Shown piece by piece: positions 41,470-54,165 of a DNA stretch of 64,000 bases. Position numbers and translations under genes: made by a program. The stretch lies in assembly GCF_009914755.1 (NCBI RefSeq), contig NC_060929.1; one strand, 5' to 3'. Position 1 is the stretch's first letter, and the number at the start of each line of letters is the position of its first letter. Below the pieces are notes generated by a model. The model did not search any database. It worked only from the letters and a program-made list of their open reading frames with translations, and had not been told where the DNA came from. The DNA is from the human T2T-CHM13v2.0 reference genome, Homo sapiens.

Positions 41470-41920
41470 AACATCGTGTTTCCAAAGTGGTTGCAAAAAT
41501 ATCCCCGACCTCACATGCTCTTTTGTGAGGAGACTCCTCTGCCATGGCATATCAAGAGGTAGAGTCCATTTGTCCTCCTCTGGAATCCTTGGGGCAGGCC
41601 CTCACACCCGTTATGAGCAATAGACTATGATGGACGTAGAATTGGGTAACTTCTGAGGCTGGGCCTTGGGAGAGATGCAGCTTCTGTCTTTCGCTCTTGG
41701 AACATCCCTCAGTGCCATGTTATGAGGAAGCACAAGCAGCCACGTGGAGAGGCAAGGAGGAGAAGCCAGGCTCCCACGTGACAGCTCCAGCTGAGCTCCC
41801 AGCTGGCAGCCAGAGCCAACCGCCAGCCAAGTGACCCAGGACATTTGGACTTTCCAACTTTCCCAAGGCCTCCACTGGCACCATGTGGTGCAAACCCAGT
41901 CAATTGACAAAACCACAAAA
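41470..41920 (+). mobile_element. MLT1 (E/F/G-like) LTR remnant
   Basis: ATCAAGAGGTAGAGTCCATTTGTCCTCCTCTGGAATC ... GCCATGTTATGAGGAAGCACAAGCAGCCACGTGGAGAGGC. Confidence 0.7.
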
Positions 41921-42244
41921 CATCATAATTATGAACTTAAATAATAATTTTAAAAATATCATTTTCTTATCAATTCTATGGAAATAGAGACTCAGAAACG
42001 GGAAGTAGCTTTCTTCAGATCATAGTTTTGAAACAGTACAGCTTCAGACTTCTAGCCAGGATGCACTTGGGACACTTGTTTGCCAACAGCAAATGGTAGA
42101 AAGGAGCAATAGAAAGGCAGACCTATTATTGCTTTAGCAAAATCACCAAAATGTATTTCAGATACTGGGTATGTATTGAATCTTTCTGAGCTAGAACAGT
42201 AATGTGAGCATGAGAGACACAGTCTGCATGCGATGCAATTGGGG

Positions 42245-42390
42245 AGGCGGGGGACTGTGGCAAACAGGAGAGAGCTGCCCCTTCTAGAAAGCCAACCACT
42301 ACCAAGGCCCTGCCCAGGGCTGCCAGGGCTGTAGGTTGGCCTAAGGCTACCAGATCCTTCAATATTTCAAAAGCACCAAGTATTCTAAGT
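42245..42390 (+). mobile_element. MER102-like hAT remnant
   Basis: GGGGACTGTGGCAAACAGGAGAGAGCTGCCCCTTCTA ... CCAGATCCTTCAATATTTCAAAAG resembles the MER102 consensus. Confidence 0.6.
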
Positions 42391-43471
42391 CCCCAGTTAG
42401 TCTGAATTGAGAGGAAGGGGGTTGGGGAAGACATCTACATGCCAAATCTGACCCAAAGAACCTCACTTTTTTACTTTCTTTCAAGAGAACCATCCCAGTT
42501 TAGGGCCCCAACAGGGAAAACGAACCCATCTGTCTTTGTTCTCGTAGAACAAAAGCAATTTTTGTTTCACTATAAACTCCATAAATGGTTGCAAAATGTT
42601 CCAATTTTTTTCCATAGTTAAGATAATTCACTGGGGACTCCTGGCCCATCTTCCGCCTCCCAGTGGGCTTTTGCTCCTCTTCTCTTTGCTTTTGTCATCG
42701 CTGCTTCCCAGGGGAGGGCGGTCGGAGAAAGTCTGTGTTGAGAGGCAGGCGGCTTCTCTTTTCCCAGGCCTGGTCGGCCACGGGCAGATGCACCCGGTTC
42801 CAGTCCCACCTGGAGCTTGGGCTGGCTCTGCCTGCCAGGCCTCTGAGACAGTCTGGAGGGGTGTCATTCTCTGCCCCCAAGGGATCTGAGGGTGCCATCC
42901 CAGGCCACAGTGAGAGAGCAGAAAACATCCCACGGAATGACTTTACTCACCAGGTCCAGGCCCCAAGGCAGAGACCTCCCCAGGGAGACAGAGGCAGGCT
43001 TACAGCAGCTACAGAGGCCCTCAGAGAGGCCTCGTCCCTATTGTCCTGACTTTATGGCCATCCTCAAGTTGGCCTTTGTTTCTCTGTGTTCTGCCCTTTT
43101 GCACAATGAGAAAAGCCTTGCCAGCTTCTCTCTGCCTAGGGCTGCAGCTGGCATGGCTTTTGAGGGCTCTGCCCAGGGTCTCACCTCCATTCACTCATTC
43201 AGCACTTGATGGGACCCCCCAATGTCGTAGCTGCCCCCAACTGAGGCTCAGAGAGTGTGTGCGACTTGCTCAAGATCATGTGGTTAGAGAACAAGCTAGA
43301 CCCAGTGATTCCATTGTTATTTATATTTTTTATGCAGCAGTTTTTTTTTTTTTTAAGGTAATAACACCCATGTTCAGCATGGAAAAGTCTTCTTCCTTAC
43401 CCCGATTCCCACGTGCCCAGTTCTTCTCCCCAGGGGCGGCCACTCTTACTGACCTCTTGTGTGTTATTTAG

Positions 43472-43773
<302 letters not shown>

Positions 43774-44259
43774 TTGTGTGTTATTAAAAACAATAAAATT
43801 ACATGAAGTGGGAAGGGACATGATTAGCCAGGCTCCAGGGTCACTTGGCTAATGATCATGGTTCCTTGGCAGGAGCCAGGCACACATGTAGGGGCACTGG
43901 TGGTGGCCACACAGAGCCTTCTCCAGGTGCTGCCATGGACTGGGCTGGACCTAGGAGTCGGGAGCCTGGCACAGTCCACTCAGCTTTGTAGGACATGCAC
44001 TTCTCTTTCACTAGATGAGCCAGGAGATTCCAGGCATGGGGGCCCATCCAAATTATGTGGGTGCTTTTCAAAATTCAGATTCCTGGGCATCACCCCAGGC
44101 CAATGGAATCAGAATGTATTTGAGAGGGCCCAGGAATCTGTCACCTTAAGCCTCCCTAATACAATATCCTTTAGCACACACATAAAATTACGCTAAGTTT
44201 TGTGCGTAAAGGAATGTATGTACCAGGAAACTTACTGCTGTCTTGTTTGACTTAGTGTA

Positions 44260-44628
44260 TGTATTAGTCCATTCTCATGCTGCTGATAAAGACATACCTG
44301 AAAATGGGTAAATTATAAAGAAAAAGAGGTTTAATGAACTCACAGTTCCATATGGCTGGGGAAGCCTCACAATCATGGAGGAAGGCGAAAGGCACGTCTT
44401 AATGGCAGCAGTCAAGAGACAGAATGAGAGAGAGAGACAAGTGAAAGGGGTTTCCCCTTAAAAAACCATCAGATCTCGTGAGACTTATTCACTACCATGA
44501 GAATAGTATGGGGGAAATTGCCCTCATGATTCAATTATCTCCCACCAGGTCCCTGCTACAACATGGTGGAATTATGGGAGCTACAATTCAAGATGAGATT
44601 TGGGTTCGGACACAGCCAAACCGTATCA
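44260..44628 (-). mobile_element. THE1 (C-like) MaLR solo LTR
   Basis: TGTATTAGTCCATTCTCATGCTGCTGATAAAGACATACC ... AAACCATCAGATCTCGTGAGACTTATTCACTACCATGAG ... ACACAGCCAAACCGTATCA; 5-bp flanks GTGTA / GCATA. Confidence 0.93.
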
Positions 44629-47600
44629 GCATAGGATTGGAAAGTCCATCCACGTCCATCAGTGAGAGACCAATGCTGAGCAAAGGAATACTGTGCAGCA
44701 TTAAGAAGAAACCAGTTGGATCTTCATGTTCTGATATATTGATATATACAACTAAGATGCACTGATAAATGAGAACAGGCAACAGAAGGCGTGTACAGTG
44801 GCTGTCCGTGCTTGCACTGAATGCATTCCCCTACACATACATGGATTGTCCCCTTGACAGTAAGAAAGAAACAGTGGCTGCTTCTGGGGAAGACACTGGG
44901 GGACTACTTACTGAATGCTATTTGGTACAGCTGGAAAGTTCTACAGTGTGCATGCAAAAGAAAACTGTTCTCACGTTCGTGTCTAAAAAGCTCCCGGGTG
45001 AATCCGGTGCGCATCCAGGCTTGGTAACTACTAGGTGAGACGATTCATTGCCACCCTCCCTCGCCCTAGGATCTTTCAACTCTAAAGCTCAGGTCCTGGG
45101 ATTAGTGAACAAACATATGTGTTAGTAGTGGGTAAACTGTAGGGGCCACCAGAAGTGAAGTGTCACCAATCAGTGATTCAGTCTGGAAAGGTAACAGTGA
45201 TGGGAATAAGTGCTGTGGTCATTGTGTACATTTCATTGTGTACATTTCATAAATCCTAGCCCCTGGCCAGTGGAAACCAAGCCAGGGCTGTATTTGACTC
45301 CTTGCAACCGTTGGCCGCCCCTGCTTTTTCAGGAGAAGGAAGGGGGTGTATAATGTGACACATCGGCAAGTCAGAACAGAGAGTACCTGTGGAATGGGTC
45401 CTGCCAGGCCTCTGTGCCCTTTTACACATGATGTCTTCAAGCTTCCGGTTAGTGACTGCTAACTCTCAACTCAGCCAGCATTGAACCGGGCACCTTCATG
45501 GGCACTGATCCTCTGAATCTCACACCACCATATCATCCCCATTGTACAGACAGGAAAACTGAGGCTCAGGGGTCACGTCACTCACTTTTTACCTAGATCC
45601 TTCTGACTACAGAGCCCGCCTGCATCCCACTATATGAATGACCTGAGTGGGCTCTGCGGCAGTGGGGCCTGTTGCCCTGGGGTCCTGTGTTTCCAGCACT
45701 CTTTGCCAACTTCACCTGTCTCAGAGCCCTCAGGGATCCAGCACCATGGGGTTTACTTTCCCAGGTTCTCTCTGCCCCAAGTTCAGTCACTCCAGCCCAG
45801 TGTGGGGGCAGAGATGTGGCAGAATGAGGGCACCTTATGGCCCCTTGATTCGGAGGGACTCAGTGTGCGACCTTGGCAAGCACCTGATCCTCCTTGGGCC
45901 TCGGTTTTTCCGCGAATGCGACGGGAATAAGAACAGTGTCTGCTGCAGGGGTCTCATGGGGTATCTAGTGGAAGGTGCACTGCATTTGCTGGCACTGAGC
46001 TTGGTGCTGAGTAAAGGCTTCATGGATGTTTGCAGTAATTCCTGAAATTAATGTTCAGGTTGTAAGTTTGCTGTAACACCAGTTAACCCTTCACTCTTTA
46101 CCCCTAGCTGGTAGAATAGTGCCTGGTACATAGTAGGTGCTCAGTAAATATTTTTTGCTGAATGAACAAATGAACCATTGACCTGCTGACTGGAGCTACT
46201 GCTGACATACTGGGTGACTTTGGGCTGGTCCAGTCCTCTCACCGAGCTTCAGTTTCTGCATCTCCCAGTGGGTGGGACCGTTTTGCCAGGCCTCAACCCA
46301 CCTAGCCCATTTCTCTTCTGCAGCAGCCTTCAGGGATCCATGAGCAGCTCACAGAAAGTTGCCCTTCTGTTTCCCTGATTATTAACCTGCAAATTAGACA
46401 AATCCATTTTGGAGTGTTCAGCGTTGCCATGGTATCACAACGGCTTCCGCTCCCTCTCCCAGGCAGCAGAGAAGTCTCTTCCTCTTCCCTGCCCCCTACA
46501 TCCACCCCGCCCGGGAGGCAGCCCATTGGCCTTAAAGGGCCAGTTCTGTAAGCTCCAGAGAAAGATGCTTGCTGAAATCACAGAATGGATGTTGCCTCCT
46601 GGCAAGGCGTTCATTTGGTCACCCTTTGGGGAGGCAAATTGTAGCTAGGAGCTGTGGAGTCAGGGTTCCCCAAGGAAGTGGAGGCTCTCCCCAATTGCAA
46701 GTAGTGACTAGCCCTACATTTGGAAGGCTGAACCTCATGCTACCTGTCCCATCCTCATAACAAGATGACCCCAGAAACAGGCCTGGTGGGAAATGGAGTG
46801 AGCTCCAAATGGGCCCATTGACCAGAGGAACCTGGTTCAGCAAAAAGCCAGAGCATCACAGACATTAGGCCACTCCTGTGGGGCATCACTTAACGTTGTT
46901 TAAAACTCCAGATTTAAATTAAGTCACGGTTGCCCTCAGAGGCCACTGCCGTGGGCCTTGGGGACAGAAGTTCTTAAAGGCACTGCCATGGTAAGAGGGA
47001 AGGGCCAAAACTTTGTATAAGTAACAAAGGTTCTGGCAAAGGTTAATAAATAATCATTGAATGCCAGGTATCGGCATTACGGAATTAAACCGTCTTAATT
47101 GGCATTGTCTCTGCTAGGAGAGACCCTGACATATGTATGTTTTCAAAGTGTGGTGTCTGTTCATCTTCTGTCTCTAAACAGACAAAAGCTCCCTGAGGGC
47201 ATGGTTGGCTTCTCTTAATTCAGTGTCATCTGCACTCTGCCACAGCACTAAGCACCTGGCTGCCCAGTCACTCTGGGTTCATCGACTCTTAGAGAACGCC
47301 ATGGGAAGAGTATAGGCTTACCAGTCCGACAGACTGGGTGGAAACTGCGGTAAAGAAAACTTAGGTTCTGTCTGTTAATAGCTGTGCCTTAAGCAAGGTA
47401 TAAGTGAGGGTTCAATGAGGGAAGAGGCCACTAGAATGAGTGGAATAAGGGACTTGTTATTGGAATTTGACCTTTCACAGTGTGGGAGAAGGAAGGTCTG
47501 GATTACAGAGTGGATGGTCCGAGGGGACAAGGGCCAGTCGATCTGGAAGCCACGTGGGGAAGTTGAAGGAGGAGAATCCAGGAAGCTTCTGCCACTGAGC

Positions 47601-47886
47601 ATCTGGGCTGGACACAGGGCAGAAGGAGGCAAAGGCCCATGGAAACCCACTGGCGTCTCTGCAACCTGCTGCCACCACATCCAATGAGGCTGGCCTGAGA
47701 GTGAAGGCTGCTGCTCCCCCACCTCTGGATTCTCATGCCTCTTTTGGCCAGCTCAGACCCAGAGCTGTACTGGGGAATGGGATTCTGAACAACACAGCTC
47801 CAACCTGTCCACATCAACACAGCACAGACCAACATGGCCAAGTGTTAGGCCCTTCTGAGCCTCGGTTTCCTCGACCCAGCCGATAC

Positions 47887-48388
47887 CTTGCTAATTTATT
47901 TGAGTTCATTGTAGATTCTGGATAAATCCAGCATCCCTTTATGATTAAAACTCTCACCAAAATCTGTATACAAGGGACATACCTTAATGTAATAAAAACC
48001 ATCTAACCCATAGCCAACATAATACTGAATGGGGGAAAGCTGAAAGCATTCCATCTGAGAACTGGAACAAGACAAGGATGTCCACTCTCACCACTTCTAT
48101 TCAACATAGTAGTGGAAGTCCCAGCCAAAGCAATCAGACAAGAGAAAGAAATAAAGGGCATCCAAACTGGTAAAGACAAAGTCAAACTGTCACTGTGTGC
48201 TGATGATATGACTGTATAGCTAGAAAACCCTCAAGACTCCTCCAGAAAGCTCCTAGAACTGATAAAATAATTCAGCAAAGTTTTAGGACACAAAATTAAA
48301 GTACACAAATCAGTGGCTCTCCTGTGCACCAACAGTGGTTACTCTGAAAATTAAATCAAGAACACAACTCCTTTTACAATAGCTGCAA

Positions 48389-48427
<39 letters not shown>

Positions 48428-48636
48428 AACACTTAGAAATATACCTAACCAAGGAGGTGAAAGACCTCTAGAAAAAAATCTACAAAACACTGCTGAAAAA
48501 AATCACAGATGACATCCCATGCTCATGGATGGGTAGGATCAATATTGTGAAAACAACCATACTGCCAAAAGCAATCTACAAATTCAATGCAATTCCCGTC
48601 AAAATACCACCTTCATTCTTCACAGAACTGGAAAAC
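47887..48636 (+). mobile_element. L1PB ORF2 fragment with a short inverted piece at its left end; no poly-A and no TSD seen
   Basis: 47887-47924 is antisense L1; 47925-48636 is sense RT region (GAACAAGACAAGGATGTCCACTCTCACCACT; peptide [23 protein letters not shown]). Confidence 0.88.
48387..48428. repeat. (TAAA)n microsatellite within the L1
   Basis: Direct reading. Confidence 0.95.
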
Positions 48637-48647
48637 ATTTCTAAAAC

Positions 48648-48930
48648 TCTTTTATTTTCTTTTTTTGAGACAAGTCTTGCTCTGTTGCCTGGGCTGGAGT
48701 ACAGTGGCACCATCACGGCTCACTGCAACCATGATCCACCTGCCTCAGCCTCCTAAGTAGTTGGGACCACAGGCATGAGCTCCCACACTTAGCTAATTTT
48801 TGTATTTTTTTGTAGAGACAGGGTTTCACCATGCTGCCCAGGCTAGTCTCCAACTCCTGAGCTTAAGTGATCCGCCCACCTCAGCCTCCCAAAGTGCTGG
48901 GATTATAGGTGTGAGCCACCACACCTGGCT
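48648..48930 (-). mobile_element. AluJ
   Basis: CCATCACGGCTCACTGCAACC and CTCCTGAGCTTAAGTGATCC. Confidence 0.9.
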
Positions 48931-50496
48931 GGAATCTTCTAGTTTTTCAAGAGAAGCCAGAAATTTAGACTTTGCTGTGGTGTTCTGATTTTTAAATGTT
49001 AGAAACCAATATTGCACTTCTGTGGTGGCTGCAGAAATGCTGTGGGTGTTGTATAGTGCTTTTTACCATCTATCCTACGCCTGGAAGGAGTGCCACCCTC
49101 TGAGGCATCTTCCCTAGCTGTCTCCCTGGGCCTTCCAGAGACCCAGGAAAGTGCTGGCCTCCTTGCCAGTGTCCAGGGCTCGCCTGAGCCTTGAGCATCC
49201 TTGGGCAGCTCAGCACATGGGCAGCACAGAGGTACTGCCTGGCTGTAGGTGGTAGGCTCTTGGTAGCAGATGCCAGCATCTCCTAAACATCGTAACTTCC
49301 CTTGACCCACTTATTTCACCAGCAACTCAAACCTGCTGGAGAGAGAGAGGGGCCTTGCAGTGAGTTTAAACCCAGCTGGCTGTGTCCAGGAAGGGCAAGC
49401 CACCATACCAGTCCCAGGGAGACTGCCAATGCTATCCCTCATGTCCCCCCTTTCTTCCCATGCCTTAGCACAGCGATGGAGACTCCCCAGGAATCTGTCT
49501 CTTCCCCTTCCACCTGCTCCAGGCCCCATCTCCCCCATACCTCCAAGGGCGTCAGCATCCATCCACACACTCACAAAGTCTTCTTGCAGGCCTGCTATGT
49601 ACAGGGAACTTAGGAAAGGGTGGAGGCAGTGTCTGCCCTCCTGCAGCTCCAAGTCTCAAACCAAATAATCACAGACATTTAAGTGTTTAGGTGAGAACAT
49701 TGCCAAGCATTACAGAGGAAAAGAACCGTACGTCATGGAGAGTAAACCAGGGCATCTGACCTAGTCCAGGGGAGAAGGGGGTTGTGAGGGCAGCTGTTGG
49801 AACTTAGCCTTAGGGACTAGTTTTAGATAGGGGGCCCTGCAGTCCGATTAGCAGAACGGAAGGCCACCCTGACTGCTGTGTGACAGCATGTTGGAGGGTG
49901 GTGGGTGTACAATGGTGAGTCGGGGAAGTGTTAAGAGGCTGACAGTCATCTAGGGGGAGAGGGTGGGTGCTGGAACGACGGGGTGGCAGAGACGTGGGCA
50001 GACTCAGACTGTGTTTAGGAGGAGTTGGTGACAGTCTGGTTAGTAAGTAAGCAGCTGCCAGGGGGCTGCCCATGTCCATGGTTTGTGTGCCATGGGGTGG
50101 CTGGTGGTGCCTCTGCTGAAGTGGGGAATGCTGCAGGGGAAGCAGCTATTGAGGGGGTGCTGTGGTGGGCAGGGGTGCATCTGAGCCAGCACAGATGGCA
50201 TCCGCATCTCCCAGACACTTTTCCATGGGCAGCATTCTCTGCCTGGAAAGCCATTCTCAGCTTTCTGGACAAGGACCTGTTCATGCTCCAAGGTCTGGGT
50301 CAGTTTCCCCCTCCTCTGGGCTACACAGAGGAGTATTCCTCTGTGTATTGCTGGTGGGAGCCCACACCTCGCTTTGCTTGCAATCTGAACCACACTAGGC
50401 TGGAAGGAGCATTGCCACTGGGAGGGAAGGAGATGGTAAGGCTTACGGCAGCCTCAGGGGCAGTCACCTTGGCTTCTGGGAACAGGAGGGTAGGAA

Positions 50497-50645
50497 GTGT
50501 GTGTGAGAAAGAGTGTGTGAGCTTGAGAGTGTGTGAGTGTGAAACTGTAAGTGATTGAGAGTATTGTGAGTGGGAGAGAGTGTGAGAGTTTTTGAAAGAG
50601 TGTGTAAGAGCACATATAAGTGTGAGTGTGTGCATGTGTGTGTTT
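50497..50645. repeat. Degenerate (TG/AG)n low-complexity tract
   Basis: Direct reading. Confidence 0.85.
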
Positions 50646-50739
50646 GCCTGAGAGAGGAGGAGGCAAGGGCAGGAAGGTTTGGAGATGGAAGGCTGGTCTT
50701 GCCATGCCCACCCTTCCTGGGAGGGCAGCGTCTGCTGTG

Positions 50740-50965
50740 GTGGTCAGGGCCCTGGGCTCTGAGACAGGGCTGCCTGCCTTTGAGTCTGAGTCCTCCACAG
50801 CTCTGTGACTTCAGGCAAGCAATATTACCTCTTTGAGCCTAAGGTACTCATCTGTAATGGGGTTATAAGAGCATTTGTCCCATTGGGCTAATGCAAGAAG
50901 TGAATAAGATAATGATTATAAAATACTTAGCCAGGACCTGGCATAGAAAAGCACTCAAACATAAT
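50740..50965 (+). mobile_element. MIR
   Basis: TCTGTGACTTCAGGCAAGC ... TTTGAGCCTAAGGTACTCATCTGTAATGGGG ... AAAATACTTAGCCAGGACCTGGCATAG. Confidence 0.8.
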
Positions 50966-51129
50966 GAACGTTTGGCTCCAACCTCCCTGTGCTCTAGGGA
51001 TGCTGTCTTGGCCACCACACCTGGTCTTTTCTCCTGGTTATTCCTGTGCACAGAGCCACGTGCTCATGCACTCCCTGGTAGCACTCAGCAAGATGACCAC
51101 CTTACATTTATTTGTGTGTTTGTCTAGTG

Positions 51130-51554
51130 CCTTTGTCTGTTTAGTGTCGCTATAACAAAATATCGGAGGCTGGATAATTTATAAAGAAAACAAGTTTACT
51201 TGGCTAATGATTCTGGTGGCTGGGAAGTCCAAGAGCATGGCACTGGTATATACTCCACTTCCAGTGAGGGCCTCATGCTGGGTCACAAGGTGGTGGAGAA
51301 GCAGAAAGGTAAGAAGGCATGTGCAAAAAGACATGCATGAGAGTCTGCGCTCACTTAAAAAAAACCCTCTTTTTTGGGAACTAATTCATTCCCACAAGAG
51401 TCAGAATTCCCTCCTGAGAGACGGCATTAATCTATTCATGACAGTGGTGTCCCATGACCCAGATACCTCCCACTAGGGCCCCTCTCCCAACACTGCCATA
51501 TTGGGGATCAGATTTCAACATGAGTTTCAGAAGGGACACACTCAAACCATAGCA
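51130..51554 (-). mobile_element. MST (MSTC-like) MaLR solo LTR
   Basis: GGATAATTTATAAAGAAAACAAGTTTACTTGGCT ... GGCATTAATCTATTCATGA ... TTTCAACATGAGTTT ... CAAACCATAGCA. Confidence 0.85.
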
Positions 51555-53609
51555 TGTGGTTAAAGTCATCCTCTCCAGGAGCTCCAAAAGGGCTGAGCTG
51601 GGTTCCTGCTTTGCTCACCATTTTCTCCTGGCCTCTGGCCTCAGCTGGCACATAGTGGGTGTACAACAAGCATTTCTCAAATTGAATCAACCAACGCAGG
51701 TAAAACAGTAGTTTCTTCCTTCCCTTCTCCTTCCCTCCTTCTTTCCTCTTTTTCTGACCCCACCCCCAGCCCACTCTCAGGGCTGATCCTCATGCTGGGC
51801 CTGTGCTGGGCTCACCACCCTCTCTTGGTGCAACGAAGCTGAAAGCCAGAACCTACAAGAGAAGTGAAATGGCCAAGACAGGTCTGAGGCCCCCCCTGAG
51901 ACTGTGTGCTATGGTTACTGTCTGCCAAATCACTGGTGCTTCTTTATTTAACTGATGGCTGCTGTCACTTTTCACACCTCTGCGCACACTTGAGAAATTA
52001 CCCTTTTCTTTCTTTTTTTTTAATCCCAAAGCTCATTATTATTTTTTATTACTTTTAAGATCTCATTCTTTGTTTTAAGCCTCCTAAATGAACCTGCCAA
52101 GTTATATTCCGCTATAATGGCAGAATTTTCTAATTTGTTTGTCATTGTTGAACTTTAGCCTGCTAGATTTTATCAGAAGGTAGCAGTTTGTCTGGAGAAA
52201 CTTTGAAATTGTCAAAGAATTTGTTCCTTCTTGTGAGTCCTGCCAAATAAAACAAATGCAGGAAAACCTGGCTGCCTCTTAGAGAGCCCTAAACATCCCA
52301 CTGCTATCTGAAAGATTGATATTCATCCTCTGAAATAAAGTCGTTTCTTTCCCATTATCTTCAGGAGCTTCAGCTAAGGATGCTAATATGGAAAACAAGG
52401 AGAGGTAAGCGGTTTGATTTTCCCCCCTTTCTCTCTTCAGGAAATTGCTTTCTTATGCAAGAGAAATGCAAGTTCACCCACAGTGGATCAGTCATATGAT
52501 AAGAAATCTGTTTGCAAGACAGGGAAGCTCATTTCCCTGTTGAGAAGCTGCATTTGTTTGAGGGAGACAAGGAGAGAGAAAGCATTTTTGCTGGGCACAG
52601 GGAAGGGATTAAGGCATCATGACAAGCACATTGCTTAGAAATGAGCCCAATTAAAAAAACATGAACCCATCTGACCCTCATGTGAAAACCCAGGGCTGTC
52701 ACCGTCCACTCCTTGATTTGAGAGACCAGCACAATTATTCTGGAGATCATTAAGATTCTGGGGGAATGAGTTTTCTGGTTTTGCTTGTGATTTCCATTTT
52801 TCTCATTACTGACAGAAGCTGCATTTATGGATCTTTCTGTTTAAAACAGGAGCTTCTCGGGCTGGTTTTATTTTGAATCGGCCTCCCCAAAAGGCATAAT
52901 GTCAAAAGCTTAAATGGGCTCATCTGGGCTGAATGTGTGAGAACCCCGGCCCCTCCCACCCCCACCAACTTTTTTTAAAAATTTTTTTTTTTCTTGCCTT
53001 TGGAGATGGGATTCACGGGCGTGGGCAGGCAATTAGATTTTAAAGCGGGAGAACTCCGTTGCACTTGCCAGGAACTGCTGAAGCAAGCAGGAGAGCCCGT
53101 GGGCTTTGAATCCTGGCACGGAGGCAGGCGCTCCCGGCCCAGCTCTCGTAGGATGGGTGAGAGGAGTGTGTTTGTCTTTGTTCTGAAAAGGGAAATTTAA
53201 TTTCATTCCCTGAGCACTATCTGCATGGCGATTCCATAGCTAGGCGATACTGGCTTTCAAAAGCCTGGGCCATTGCCTAGTTTGGGAAATGTCAAGAGTT
53301 GGCATGGTCCAGCAGAGGGTCAGCTTCCAGTGGCAGGCCAGTGCCCAGGCTTCATGCTCAGCCTTCATCTGTGGCCCCGTTCCCAGGAGGGCTGCTATCT
53401 CTCTAAAGATCGAAGGACTTTGTGTCCCCAAGCCAGCCTTCTCACATGCTGCCGGCTGAGTCACGAGGTTGGGGGCTGACGTCTGATTTCAAAGCCACTG
53501 AGAAAGAAATGCCAACACTCGTTCAAGAAGCTGGCTGGTGCTGTGCCTAGAACTCTGGACTGGAAGCCGCCTGGAGATGGATCCGGACTTGGAGGAGCCC
53601 GTTTATGGG

Positions 53610-54165
53610 ACCCCAGACCATGCTGCTGCTCTCACGGAGCTTATCTTCTCACAGCGGCGGGTGGTAGGGGAAGTACATGATGAAATGAACAGAAAGATAT
53701 TGGGTAATGATAAGGGATGTGATGAAAATGAGACTGAGTGATGTGAGAGATCAGAGGGCTTCTCGGAGGAGGTGACATTTGAGGTGAGACCTGATGAGAA
53801 AGAGCCAGCCATGCAGAAATCTGAGGGAAGAGCATCCCACACAGAGAGAACAGCAACTACAACCCCACTGAGCAGAAAGCCAGCTTGGCATGTCTTTGGA
53901 ACAGTGAGGAAGCCAAAGTGGTTCCAGCGTGATGAGCGAGGGGGAGAAGATGCCATGAGATGAAGTCAGAGTGATAGGCACTATCGTAGGAAGGAGTTTG
54001 ACTGAGATGCTAAATATTTTGCAGAATTTTTGGAAGCAGGGGAGAGACAGCTGACCTGATTTGTATTTTAAGAGGATCACTCTGCTTTGTGCATGGAGAA
54101 TCCATTGAAGGGAGCACAAGACAGGAAGCAGGGTTGATCATCAGAGCTACTGTGGCAAATGGGCA
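53610..54165 (-). mobile_element. L2 remnant
   Basis: GGAGGAGGTGACATTTGAGGTGAGACCTGA ... TTTTAAGAGGATCACTCTGCT. Confidence 0.8.

Noticed and set aside
44255-44633. Apparently mismatched TSD of the THE1 LTR (GTGTA vs GCATA)
   Set aside because: It is explained by CpG decay of an ancestral GCGTA on opposite strands, so it is an ordinary insertion.
50025-50558. 177-aa ORF
   Set aside because: No recognisable homology; it ends in a TG low-complexity tract and has a non-ATG start.
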